A DNA stretch of 63,395 nt, filler included, from Octopus bimaculoides (Eukaryota), in assembly GCF_001194135.2 (NCBI RefSeq). It is 8 parts of 6 records of this genome, joined end to end, with 100 filler letters (N's around TTAATTAATTAA, not from the genome) between each part and the next. Parts side by side here need not be neighbours in the genome. Positions count along the whole stretch, not along the records: positions 37,920 to 48,895 come from NC_069003.1; positions 48,996 to 56,561 come from NC_068984.1; 6 more parts are not named here. One strand, given 5' to 3'. This document shows, in pieces, positions 39,135 through 52,162 of the stretch (its first letter is position 1; every line of letters starts with the position of its first letter). The position numbers and the translations under genes are program-made. The notes below the pieces were generated by a model. It did not search any database, was not told the origin of the DNA, and saw nothing but the letters and a program-made list of their open reading frames with translations.

Positions 39135-39800
39135 GCCTACTTTACAGATGGCAGCAAACTATAGCAAAATGAAGCAAAAAACAATTTTCTCTAAACCACA
39201 ACACGACATTACAGTAAAGCTGAAACTAATTCTTCAGTAACGTAATTCTCCTCTGTGTCTGGCTGTCGGCATCGGGTTGGCACTTTAATACTCATAAGAT
39301 TGTCGAGACTAAAAAATGTCGTAAACCACAGGTTGATAATTCGTCGGGTCGACTTTTGCGTTTGATTGACTGGTGCTGCGTTGGGTAAAGAACGAATGAT
39401 TGCGATCAGGAATACAAGCGCCCCATGTGATAAGATGTACCTCCTTGCGACAATGTAAGCTTTCATTTAATCAAGATATCCTTGGCCTGAAGAATAGGAT
39501 ATTCACCACTTCCGAGGTTTCGCTCGCTATGAAACATATGTAGCTCGGATCTTACCTACTCCATTCCTTAACTCTTGTATTCTTAATCGCACACTCCGCA
39601 ACCCTGGTCACCTACTGTGAAATATAAAAGATATCTTTTCGTATCGAAGGATGATAATCCACAACCTTCCGTTTCAATAAACCACTGTTGTTCCTGAAAG
39701 TATTTTTTTTTGTACTTACTATGGATTGCTTGAAGCTAACTTTCTTCCTACACCTCGATTCCTGGATCTTATATATTTGTTTTCTTTTTTTGTTCTAAAG
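39135..39800 (+). mobile_element. Highly decayed LINE remnant with RNase H start
   Basis: YFTDGSK at ~39140-39160, and a possible terminal ..TYCE zinc-knuckle remnant near 39610. Confidence 0.4.
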
Positions 39801-40383
39801 AAATTATTCCTGATGAAGTGTATGGCAACTGATATATTTGACTTATACTTAATGGTCAAATATAGCTTTATACAGAAACGTTAACATCGGATTAAATACA
39901 TTGATATGGATATTGGCGTCAAGTCTCTTTCTTAAATGTAAAAATTTAAAACTTTCGATATATAAACAAGGAGAACGATCCCTAAGGAGTCTAATTTAGA
40001 TTTGTTGAGGTGAAATCTCCTGCTATATNNNNNNNNNNNNNNNNNNNNNNNNNNNNNNNNNNNNNNNNNNNNNNNNNNNNNNNNNNNNNNNNNNNNNNNN
40101 NNNNNNNNNNNNNNNNNNNNNNNNNNNNNNNNNNNNNNNNNNNNNNNNNNNNNNNNNNNNNNNNNNNNNNNNNNNNNNNNNNNNNNNNNNNNNNNNNNNN
40201 NNNNNNNNNNNNNNNNNNNNNNNNNNNNNNNNNNNNNNNNNNNNNNNNNNNNNNNNNNNNNNNNNNNNNNNNNNNNNNNNNNNNNNNNNNNNNNNNNNNN
40301 NNNNNNNNNNNNNNNNNNNNNNNNNNNNNNNNNNNNNNNNNNNNNNNNNNNNNNNNNNNNNNNNNNNNNNNNNNNNNNNNNNN

Positions 40384-40945
40384 GAGGAGGAGGAGGAGGA
40401 GGAGGAGGAGAGAGCGAGAAATAGATAGATAGAGAGATAGATAGAGATAGAGAGAGAGAGAGTGAGGAGGAGGTGGTGAACGAGGGAGATGGGAGTAAGA
40501 AAGAGAGAGAGAAACAGAGCAGGGAAGGAGAGGGAAAGAGGCGGAAGGGGAATGAGAGAAAGAGTATAAGGAAGAGAGAGGAGGAAGGGGAGAGAGAAAA
40601 TAGAGAAAGAGGAAAGTGATTGCACGGAGAGATAAAGTGGAGGAACGAAAGAGAGAGGGAAAAGACAGAGAGAGGGGAGAGTGTGAGAGAGTGAGAGAAA
40701 TAAGAGGGAGAGAGAGGAGCGGGAAAAAAGTAAAACTTTAGGGGTGAGAGAAAGAGAAAAGGGAATGGGGAAAGAGAGAGTGGGGAAGAGGGAAGAAGAA
40801 AGGGAGAAGAAGAAAGGGAGAAGAAAGAGAGATGCAGACGGAAGACGGAAAAGAGAGAGGGATAGAGGGATAGAGTAGAAGAGAGAGAGAGAGAGACAGA
40901 CAGAAAGAGAGAGGGGGAGAGAGAAAGAGAGAGAGAAAGAACAAC
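40384..40945. repeat. Degenerate purine-rich (GA/GGA) low-complexity tract
   Basis: Directly visible. Confidence 0.95.
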
Positions 40946-41216
40946 AAAACAGATTTGATTAACAACATACAAATGAAATTAAAAACAAAAGAAAAAAGAG
41001 CAAGCAGTTCGACTTTAAATGGCTGACAAGCACCACGTGGCACAAACAAAAAGGTGAACGGAAGAATATCACTAGTAGTAGGAAAGCCCGAATGAGGTCG
41101 CTGCAGATTGATATAACGAATTGAAGCGGATTTAAAAAAAAAAAATGATTTCATCCCATTTCATCACTATTTCAATGGGTATAAATGTGAGAGTACATAT
41201 AGATTTTGGTTCTATG

Positions 41217-41261
<45 letters not shown>

Positions 41262-41520
41262 AGGTTTGGAGGTGATGTACAGAAATTATATAGATTTTTA
41301 TTAATGTCACATATTAAATTAATATGTGACATTAATAAAAATCTGTAAATGNNNNNNNNNNNNNNNNNNNNNNNNNNNNNNNNNNNNNNNNNNNNNNNNN
41401 NNNNNNNNNNNNNNNNNNNNNNNNNNNNNNNNNNNNNNNNNNNNNNNNNNNNNNNNNNNNNNNNNNNNNNNNNNNNNNNNNNNNNNNNNNNNNNNNNNNN
41501 NNNNNNNNNNNNNNNNNTAT

Positions 41521-41790
41521 ATGCACCCTTTTCAAGCCTAGCCAGACTCATGGGTTTGGTTTCCCGGTTTCTATGGCGTATGCGTTCCCTCCCCCAGCTG
41601 GACGAGACGCCAGTCCATCGCAGCGTTACTCAAGAAACAGGAAGAAAGAGAGAAAATTGAGGAATAGAGTACAACAGGGGTCGCCACCACCCCTTGCCAG
41701 AGCCTCGTGGAGCTTTAGGTGTTTTCGCTCAATGAACACTCACAACGCCCGGTCTGGGAATCGAAACCGCGATCCTCCGACCACTGGGCC
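41521..41790 (-). mobile_element. tRNA-derived SINE family H, variant with a V-domain-like 3' module
   Basis: Head shared with 47240-47587; 3' part contains gcgatggactggcgtctcgtccag. Confidence 0.75.
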
Positions 41791-42714
41791 AGGCAGCCGA
41801 CAACCGATGAAGGGTCGTTCTTTGTGTTACTTGTCCTGTGTTCCATATGTTTCTCACGTTGTTTGCGTATTCAACTAATTTGTTTTCGTATTTCATGCTG
41901 TTTACTGTTTACGACGTCTTGTACCCATATATGCATATATGCCTTCTAAATCCACTCATCAGGCTTTATTCGGCTCGAGGCTTTAGTAGAAGACACTTAC
42001 CCAAGGTCTCATGCAGTAGGATTGAACCTGGAATGATGTGGCTGGGAAATCAAACTTTTTATCCCACAGCCACACCTGTGTCCAGAAGTAGGCAAACATT
42101 TGGTTTTATCTTATTTTACTCTTGCATCGAGGAAATTCCAATACACAACAAGTAAACCTCTTGATCGATGTGGAGCAATCGAAGAACCGCCACGTAATCC
42201 TGTAGATTTGCAAGATATAGCAGCCAAATCACTTTCAGAGTACATCTGACAGTAATGGTTTGGGAATGTTAAACAGTGAGTAGATAGAATTTTAGATGGA
42301 GAAGAGAGTCCTAGTGAGAGGGGAGAAGGAAGAGAAAAGAGGAAAGGAGAGGGAGAGAGAAAGAGAGAAAAAGGGGGAAGAGAAGTGGATGAAGAGGGGA
42401 CGAGAGAGAGAGAGATAGAGTAAGGGGGAGAGAGAGAGGGGAGGGGAGACAAAGTGGAGGAAGAGGAGGGGGAGGAGGCAATACTTAGAAGTGGAACGTC
42501 AAAAATCGTAACGAGTGATTTGGAGCTGGGGTTGACCTGGATGAAAATAACAACAACAAAAATAGCAACAATAACAACAACAACATCATCAACAACAACA
42601 ATAACAACAACAGCAACTGCAACAACAGCAACTATTTTTTGATCGATATTTTCATTAAGAAAATAGATTTCTATTATAACATTTTTGTGCAATTATCTGA
42701 GATCGGAAACCGAG

Positions 42715-42784
<70 letters not shown>

Positions 42785-43425
42785 GTGTCCGTAAATATAT
42801 GTATGTACACACAAACACACACACACACACACATATAAATATGTATATGTACACATATATGCATATATATATATTCATATATATATATACATATGCATAT
42901 ATATATGCNNNNNNNNNNNNNNNNNNNNNNNNNNNNNNNNNNNNNNNNNNNNNNNNNNNNNNNNNNNNNNNNNNNNNNNNNNNNNNNNNNNNNNNNNNNN
43001 NNNNNNNNNNNNNNNNNNNNNNNNNNNNNNNNNNNNNNNNNNNNNNNNNNNNNNNNNNNNNNNNNNNNNNNNNNNNNNNNNNNNNNNNNNNNNNNNNNNN
43101 NNNNNNNNNNNNNNNNNNNNNNNNNNNNNNNNNNNNNNNNNNNNNNNNNNNNNNNNNNNNNNNNNNNNNNNNNNNNNNNNNNNNNNNNNNNNNNNNNNNN
43201 NNNNNNNNNNNNNNNNNNNNNNNNNNNNNNNNNNNNNNNNNNNNNNNNNNNNNNNNNNNNNNNNNNNNNNNNNNNNNNNNNNNAACAACAACAACATCAT
43301 CAACAACAACAATAACAACAACAGCAACTGCAACAACAGCAACTATTTTTTGATCGATATTTTCATTAAGAAAATAGATTTCTATTATAACATTTTTGTG
43401 CAATTATCTGAGATCGGAAACCGAG

Positions 43426-43467
<42 letters not shown>

Positions 43468-43972
43468 GCATGTATGCATTTATATATTTATATTGCGTAT
43501 ACATATAAAGATAATTATATGCATGTATAAGTAAGAATACATACGCACACACACACGCACACACACACGCACACTCGTGTATATTTCGGTCATTAAATTT
43601 TACCGATCTCTGCTACTTCACATATAGCAATTCTTCAGTTCATGTTTCCACCGAAATATTCTCTATTTATTTAGAATTGTCTCTAATTAAAGACTAATTC
43701 TCTTCGAAAATGGATGCCAGCAGCAAAGTGTTCTCGTTAGCAAATTGGTCAAATTGATTTTTAATTGCACTCATTTACTGACCATTAAATATGTACGTAT
43801 GCATGTGCGTATGTATCTATATATCCACACACACACACCCGCACATACACACAGACAACACACACACACACGCATCGCATACATATATATATGCATGTGT
43901 GTATGTGTATTTGTATGTACGTGTATATACGTATATATGTGTGTGTGTCTGTGTATGTATGTATATATGTAA

Positions 43973-44024
<52 letters not shown>

Positions 44025-44062
44025 CTATATATACACACACACACATATATATATGTATATAT

Positions 44063-44095
<33 letters not shown>

Positions 44096-44633
44096 TGCAT
44101 GTCTGCATGTCTGCACGTTCATTACTGCATATATGTATGTATGCATGTATGTAAGTGTGTATCTGTTTTTGTGTAATATCCTAATAATGGTTTGATTTAG
44201 GCGCAAGGCCACCACAGTTGAAGGGACGGTTTAGTCGAGACTATTGACATTAGAACGTAGCTTGTACTTTAATTTTTCATTGCAAAACAGATAAAAAAGA
44301 AAAGAAGACCTTTGCAAGGTTTGAACTGAGAACGCAAAAAAAACGGGAGAAATACTCCCAAGATATTATGTCACATTCTGACGATGCTGTTAGTACATCG
44401 TCTTTTATGTGTTTCTAATATAGGCACAGAGCATGACATTTGGGGTGGAAGTATTACTCGATTAAATTGATCTCAGTGCTTGATCGGTACTTTATTTTCT
44501 TGAACAGAAATACTTCATCGGTATTTGAATTCCGAATTTGAAGAGCAGAAACAAACACTGCTAGATATTTTCTCCAATGCTGTAATATTCTGCTATTTCA
44601 CCACAATTTCCATGCTTTCTGCTGCAGTAACTA

Positions 44634-44695
<62 letters not shown>

Positions 44696-44745
44696 GTTAG
44701 TGCTCCCCACGCTTTCATTTGCACAGGTACGTATATGTGTATAGC

Positions 44746-45280
44746 TCTGACCGAGGTGACTACGTGTCGGAGGCGATTCAAATTTGAGGCATTGAGAAAC
44801 TGCAAAAACGGAGAAATGCGCATCTGTCAATCTCGCAATATCTTCCGGGATGATTTTTCTTTCGTCTAGCTCTGAAGCACATCGTGTTTTAACACAGGTT
44901 TATAAATGAATATTTTCGCTGACGCACACTGTAGCCTTTGGCTGTTCACCGATATAAATACATTAAGTATATCATATAGATAAAGATTTTAATCTAGAAC
45001 TATTTCTATTTTATTGTTTGAATTTTATTCTGCCGCGCTGGCCTATTTGCAAAACCAGGGAATTATTTATTCATCGTCTTCGAAACGCTTAGTTTTAGAA
45101 TGGTGGCAGCTGATGAAGGAAATGTTCTCTATGTGGTCTGTGTGTTTTCTATACTCTGTTTATCATTTTGTCCACGTTTTTTTTGCAACGTCCTGTACCC
45201 AGATATGCACCTATATATACATGTAGATGTAGGTATGTACGTATATGTACGTATATATGCATATACTCATTTATTATTTG

Positions 45281-45317
<37 letters not shown>

Positions 45318-45742
45318 CCTGGCCGAGGAGATTTCGTGTTGGAGTTAACCTGAGTGTGTGGTATTGAGAAACTATATTAACAGAGAAATGTGTGTCTCTC
45401 AGACTCGTAACCATTTTCAGGGTGATTTTGTTTCGTCTAATTCTCATGTATATTCTATCTTTTCTGAGACTAAACCCGCTGCCTCTGAATTTTCAACGAT
45501 ATATGTGCTCTAAGTACGTCATAAATAGATTTTAATTCAGAACTGTTTTTATAGAACCTAGTGGCCATTCTTGTTCGACCAGTGAATTGTTTAATCATTG
45601 TTTGTATATACATCAGACTGGCCGAAGAAACTTCGTGTCGATGGTGACCCGAGTGTGTGGCATTTCGAAGCTACAAAAACGGAGAAATGCGCATCTGACT
45701 CCCGCGCAGTCGCTTTCGGGCTGATTTCATTTCGTTTACTTC
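44746..45742 (+). repeat. Three diverged ~125-bp hairpin-forming units (44746-44870, 45318-45442, 45617-45742)
   Basis: Shared ccga.g..a.ttcgtgt.g...gcatt..gaa.cta.aaaaacggagaaatgcg...gatt.t..ttcgt.ta. Confidence 0.85.
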
Positions 45743-46370
45743 TTAAATATATTGTATTTTTAACACAGAAAACAAAATGTTGCTGTTTCTGTAATTATGC
45801 TCGTTGTTGTTATTGTAAAACGTGGTGTCTGCCATATTGCATTTTTTTTCTGAAATTTCGTTCTGTTTTCATTATCTTCTCATTATTTTTCATTTATTTG
45901 TTCGTCTGTTCATTAATATTCTTTTATATTTTGATTTGCGTCAATTTGCTAACTGATATTTTTCGTTTAATGCAATTTTTCCTGGCGGCGTATGACTTGA
46001 ATTGCAGTTAGACAATGAAATAAAAAAAGAAAGAAAAAGAAATGGAGTTATTTAGAATAAAATACTTTCTTGTCTAACCCTAGCAGAAAGCTGATTCCAA
46101 AAAATGTCTAGTAAAAGAATGTGTGTAAAATGAAAATCCAAAATGAAAATCAATTCCTTCGTTTATACTTGAAAAAATCTAAGAAACCACAAAGCAAATT
46201 TTTGGCACGATACCTCTCTGGGTTCGAGTAGACCTGGGAACAAAAGCGGCTAAAAGGTTCCACATTCTTCGAATCTTGGAGTATCGAACCCGGATGTAGT
46301 TGAAAGTCATTCCCAAAACACACAGACACACAGGCACACAGACAGACAAACACAGACGCACACACACACA

Positions 46371-46518
46371 CGACGAGCTTTCACAGTTTCCGTCCACCAA
46401 GTCCACTCACAAGGCATTAATCGATCGTTGGCTATAACAAAAAAACGCTTGCTCAAGGTGCTGCGCAGTGGGAACCGAACCCGTAGCCGCGCAGTTACAA
46501 ACCAAGTAACCATACACC
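46371..46518 (-). mobile_element. SINE family B 5' half, diverged; another at 41955-42080
   Basis: Match to 22905-23070. Confidence 0.75.
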
Positions 46519-46634
46519 CATAACCATGATTCTAGCTGTATTAATTACAAACAAGGCATCCCTTAGCTTCCATTGTTTTTAATTCAACGGCGAAGTCTTT
46601 GTGAGATTTCCTAGCTTTTCAGCCTGCTTCTCAA

Positions 46635-46692
<58 letters not shown>

Positions 46693-47239
46693 TCTATGGC
46701 TTATGTTCTTTTATATCGAAATATAAAGCTGTTGTATTGCATGATGTAAAACTTCCGGTTGTATGATCTAAAACTACAATTTAATCTGAGTGCAGCAGCC
46801 GCATGGATCTATGGCGACGACTAGCACCATTGTTAGGCCAACATTGATAATGATGATGATGATGATAATGATGAGGATGAGGATGATGATGATGAGGATG
46901 ATGATGATGATAATGATGAGGAAGAAGAAGTAGTAGTAGTAGAAGAAGAAGAAAAAGAAGAAGAAGAAGAAGAAGAAGAAGTAGAAGAAGAAGAAGAAGA
47001 AGAAGAAGAAGAAGAAGAAGAAGAAGAAGAAGAAAAAGAAAAAGAAGAAGAAGAAGAAGAAGAGACGATGACAATGACGACGATGATGATAATGATGATG
47101 ATGATGATGAAGACGAAGAAAAAGAAGACGATGATGACAGTGACGATGATGATGATGATGAAGAAGAAGACGATGACGATGATAATGAAGAAGAGGAAGA
47201 AGAAGAAAACGCGCCGCTGGGAATCGAACCTTCGACCTT

Positions 47240-47587
47240 ACGATCGCGGTTTCGATTCACAGACCGGGAGTTGTAAGTGTTTATTGAGCGAAAACACCTA
47301 AAAGCTCCACGAGGCTCCGGCAGTGGTATGGTGGCGAACCCTGCTGTACTCTTTCACCACAACTTTCTCTCACTCTTTCCCCCTGTTTCTGTTGTACCTG
47401 TATTTCAAAGGGCCAGCCTTGTCACACTGTGTCACGCTGAATATCCCCGAGAACTACGTTAAGGGTACCCGTGTCTGTGGAGTGCTCAGCCACTTGCACG
47501 TTAATTTCACGAGCAGGCTGTTCCGTTGATCGTCGGGTCAACTGGAACCCTCGACGTCGTAAGCGACGGAGTGCCAACAACAACAAT
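47240..47587 (+). mobile_element. tRNA-derived SINE family H with (AAC)n tail; another copy at 62725-63060
   Basis: cgatcgcggtttcgattc head; gagaactacgttaagggtac...gacggagtgccaacaacaac tail; the two copies align. Confidence 0.85.
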
Positions 47588-48398
47588 TACCGAGTGTAGC
47601 ATTTCACGAGGGGGTGAGTGTAGGATCAGAAGTGCTATTGAGAACGGCACTGAAAGTAGCGTCGAGGGTAGCTGTGCTGATCTGAAGTGAAATTTGATGG
47701 TGAAGTATATACGGTGACGTTACGCAGTACGTAATTAGTATTGAGATTGGCAAAGTAGACGTTGCAACAGAACAGTGACTTGAATGAGATGGAGAGCTGT
47801 GAAGGTGTAATGTTAATACAAGAGCAGTCGTAGTTATTATTATATCGGGTGTCATGTGACTAATGAACTCACTGACTTCTCATTTCACAAAAAGATCACA
47901 TGTCCCTCTTCTCTTCCCCTTCCCTCTCATATACACATATGCATATATGCGCGTGCATATGTGTATATATATATNNNNNNNNNNNNNNNNNNNNNNNNNN
48001 NNNNNNNNNNNNNNNNNNNNNNNNNNNNNNNNNNNNNNNNNNNNNNNNNNNNNNNNNNNNNNNNNNNNNNNNNNNNNNNNNNNNNNNNNNNNNNNNNNNN
48101 NNNNNNNNNNNNNNNNNNNNNNNNNNNNNNNNNNNNNNNNNNNNNNNNNNNNNNNNNNNNNNNNNNNNNNNNNNNNNNNNNNNNNNNNNNNNNNNNNNNN
48201 NNNNNNNNNNNNNNNNNNNNNNNNNNNNNNNNNNNNNNNNNNNNNNNNNNNNNNTATATACATACATACATATATATATATATATATTATAATATATATA
48301 TATTCTTATTCGTATACATATATATATATATATACGTGTGTGTGTAAATATATGTATATGTTTATGTATGTATACCTTATCACTATTTTCATTTATTC

Positions 48399-48477
<79 letters not shown>

Positions 48478-49268
48478 GCTATTATTATAATCATTATTAC
48501 GCACATCCATTTCGATATTTATAAAATGTTGAGACAGCTGATGCTACGAACTTGCCGCCCACTTTAGCAGAGCAGCAGTATTCACACTCGCAGAGACATA
48601 CACACAGAGACAGAGGCATACGCATTCACACGCACGCACGCACACACACACAAAGACTAAAACACACACACAGGCAATGAAACAATCAAACACATGGGAC
48701 CTACGTACTACACAGAGGCTGACACACAGACACGTAGAAAGGATACATAGACATGCATATTGTGAGCCAGATAAGAGAGCAGAGTAAGTTTAAATGATCA
48801 TGGTATGCACTCCTCTGCCGCTTCGCTCTCCCCCGCCGCCGCCACCTCAAACCTCCCACCACCACCGCCGCCGCCACCGCCGCGCCGCCACCGCCNNNNN
48901 NNNNNNNNNNNNNNNNNNNNNNNNNNNNNNNNNNNNNNNTTAATTAATTAANNNNNNNNNNNNNNNNNNNNNNNNNNNNNNNNNNNNNNNNNNNNAAAAA
49001 GTAAATAAAACTGGCACAAAAGTATATTTTACGGAAGTATATTTTAGAGAAGGCTTAATATTTTTGTTACAGAGAGTGATTTAAAATATAACCGGTTTCA
49101 ATGTATTCATCTTATCAAATATTAAAAAGAATTTTTGGGGAAGTCAAAGAGAAAAAAATTGGTGGTTAACAGTTTGTACCCATGTTTTAGTTCTTAGTAT
49201 ATATATTGTTGTGGCGAGACTCATGACACCCGCTGCGAGAAAAATAGCGGTCTGAGTGTGTATGGGGG

Positions 49269-49321
<53 letters not shown>

Positions 49322-50619
49322 CGTTAATTGCAGGAAGTCGTAAGATGTCATTTTGTCGGAATATCGTTTGTTGGTTCGGGGCAAAATGAGTAAGACAAGA
49401 CAAGGTAAATATGCCTTTCCATTTTTCCGGAATTAAATTTTTAAAAAGAGTCCTGCACATAAACGTTCAATCTTAGATATCATAAAGATTAGATATGTAA
49501 CAAAATTTTGAATATCTTGGTCAAATGAAAGAGGATTATGGAAAAATAGCACATAGTATGAAATTAATGAAACTCGACTAAATCTAAAAACCGAACACAA
49601 AATATTCTTTATAGCTTCTTCACTATAGCTTCTTTGCCAAATATTATCCAGATATTTTATTAGCTACCTTAATTACAATCGGGTGAAATTAGAGGAAAAA
49701 GTTCTTGAAAATAGAACCTGTTACCTATGTTTCAAACTTTCAACTTCAGCAACAACTATGTAAACCAGGGCTTCTCAACATTTTTACCTGTGGACCCCTT
49801 TGATTCTTATTTCATTCCTGCGGACCCCCTGCCACTACAACCACCATCAATGCCATACCCATTCGATGTTTAAAATATCATACTGCATTTTTATAACTAA
49901 ATGTTATTAGACTTGCATAAAAATTGTTAAAATATTTTGTATATTGTAGACCAATAACCAATTTCTTAACAACTAAATTCTATGGAAAATGAATGTTCAC
50001 AATTAAATGAGTCATAAATATACAAGTATATATTTGTTAAAATAAGATAGTACTTTAGTGTTAATTTCTTTAATGCAAGTCTGGTGGTTGGTGCTGCTCT
50101 GCTAGTTTCAAAATATTCTACTTCAATGTTGTCGATGAGAATTGAAGATCACCTTTTTCTACAATGTCGATTCGATTAGGAGCTTTTAACAATAAGTTAG
50201 TGACATGGCTGAAACCAGATTCAACAAGATAAGGGAAAAGCAGTAAAGTACAACTGCGCTCCCCCACCAGAATAGTGGATACTTTATAGCAATGTCATTT
50301 CCTTTCCATACATTATGTTCTCCATCTTTAAATGTTGCCTGAAATATTTCATCGCTCTGCAATTCAATGAGATTCTCCTGAAAACAGATATCTACGTTAG
50401 TAACATTAAGAAATGTCACCCAACGTAGTATGTTCAACTTCAGCAGGTCGTTAAACTGAGCTTGCATATCATTATGCAAGTTTTTCAAATGTTCAGTATA
50501 CAAGGTCATCATCATGCAGACTACTGTTAATTGTAATAATGCACAACATACAATATTTATTTTCTAGAGCTGCGCTTTCCCTAGAAAAGCAGTAATAGCT
50601 CCTTTGGAGGATAGGAGAT

Positions 50620-50963
50620 CAAGTGTCTTCTACTATAACCTCGGGCCGACCAAAGCCTTGTGAGTGGATTTGGTAGACGGAAACTGAAAGAAGCCCGTCG
50701 TATATATGTATATGTATGTATATGTGTATGTGTGTGTGTTTGTGTGTCTGTGTTTGTCCCCCTCCCCAACATCGCTTGACGACCGATGTTGGTGTGTTTA
50801 CGTCCCCGTAACTTAGGGGTTCGACAAAAGGGGCCGATAGAATAAGTACTAGGCTTACAAAGAATAAGTCTTGGGGTCGATTTGCTCGACTAAAGGCGGT
50901 GCTCCAGCATGGCCGCAGTCAAATGACTGAAACAAGTAAAAGAGTAAAAGAGTAAAAGAGTAA
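50620..50963 (+). mobile_element. SINE family B, head truncated, nested in hAT
   Basis: High identity to 22664-22990; (GTAAAAGA)3 tail. Confidence 0.92.
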
Positions 50964-51036
50964 CTCGGAGATCAGTCTTGCGAAAATATGTTGAAATCAA
51001 CTTGCTGCCAAGAACTGAGATATTTCTTGTGTGAAT

Positions 51037-51079
<43 letters not shown>

Positions 51080-51080
<1 letters not shown>

Positions 51081-52162
51081 CAGGCTGAGTAAAAAGTAAG
51101 CAACGTTTTGAAACATGAAATTCATCACAATATATTTCAACAATGCGGAAATTTTATTCACCAAAGTAAGAAATTACAATTAACACATTTTTGCCAACGA
51201 GTTACAAGTTTGTTTATTCCGGTAACTTAAAAATCTGGAGTTCTGGAGCTAATGAACTCTTTGAACGCACTTTCAGCATAGGTTTGATTTTTGAACTCCT
51301 CTCACAGGAAACCATCAAGGTGCTTGAACAAATGGTAGTCGATAGGAGAAAGGTCTGGGGAACTAGCTGGGTGGGGAAGAACTTCGTAGCCAAGTTCCCT
51401 CAACATTAGTGAAATGCATGGTCGAACATTGTCATGAAGAATGATCGGCCCTCTTCTGTTGACCAGTCTGCAACGGAGGAGTAGCAGTTTTCCCTTCATT
51501 TTGGCAATTTCATGGCAATATGTTTCTACAGTAATGGTTTCTCTGACTTTTAAGAAGTTACAGTGGATGAGTCCAGCAGTACACCACCAAACAGTCACCA
51601 TAGCCTTCTTTTTGAAAAATTCGGCTTTAGGGAAGGTTTTCGGTCCTTCATTTTGATCCAACCACTGCGAAGAACGTCTTTTATTATTGTACAGAACCCA
51701 CTTTTCATCGCAAGTTACAATACGGTCGAGAAATGGATCGGTCTGATTACGGAGAAGTGACAAACAAATTTCATATCTGCGCATTTTCTGATTTTCATTC
51801 AAATCGTGTGGTACCAATTTGTCAAGCTTTTTTGATTTTCCGATCGCATGCAAATGGTTGCAGGCAGTTTTCTGGCTAACTTGAAGTTCTTTTGCCAGTT
51901 CGCGGATGGTTTTACGTGGATCTGTCTCAGTGACGGCCTTTAAGTGACCGTCATCGATGACAGATGGGCGTCCACTACGCGGACGATCTTCAAGGCTCAG
52001 GTCTCCACTGCGAAATCGTTTAAACTATTTTCAAGCTGACTACCCACAGGTCATTTCCTCACCAAACGTTTCGTTGATATCGAGAGCAGTTTCACTTGCT
52101 TTACGTCCTTTTTTGAAGTCGAATAGCAAAATTGCTCGAATATCGCACTTTGACAGTTCCAT
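51080..52162 (-). mobile_element. Mariner (Tc1/mariner DD34D) transposase pseudogene with its 3' TIR
   Basis: ATG at 52162 MELSKCDIRAILLFDFKKG...EDRPRSGRP...; ORF 51302-51853 VPHDL...IVTCDEKWVLY...ILHDN...SPDLSPIDYHLF; in-frame stops; TA-caggctgag end at ~51080; 5' TIR not found. Confidence 0.95.

Noticed and set aside
42575-43440. Identical ~150-bp block on both sides of a gap
   Set aside because: Most likely false duplication by the assembler next to microsatellites.
47604-47855. 83-aa S/T-rich minus-strand ORF
   Set aside because: No recognisable domain or splice support.
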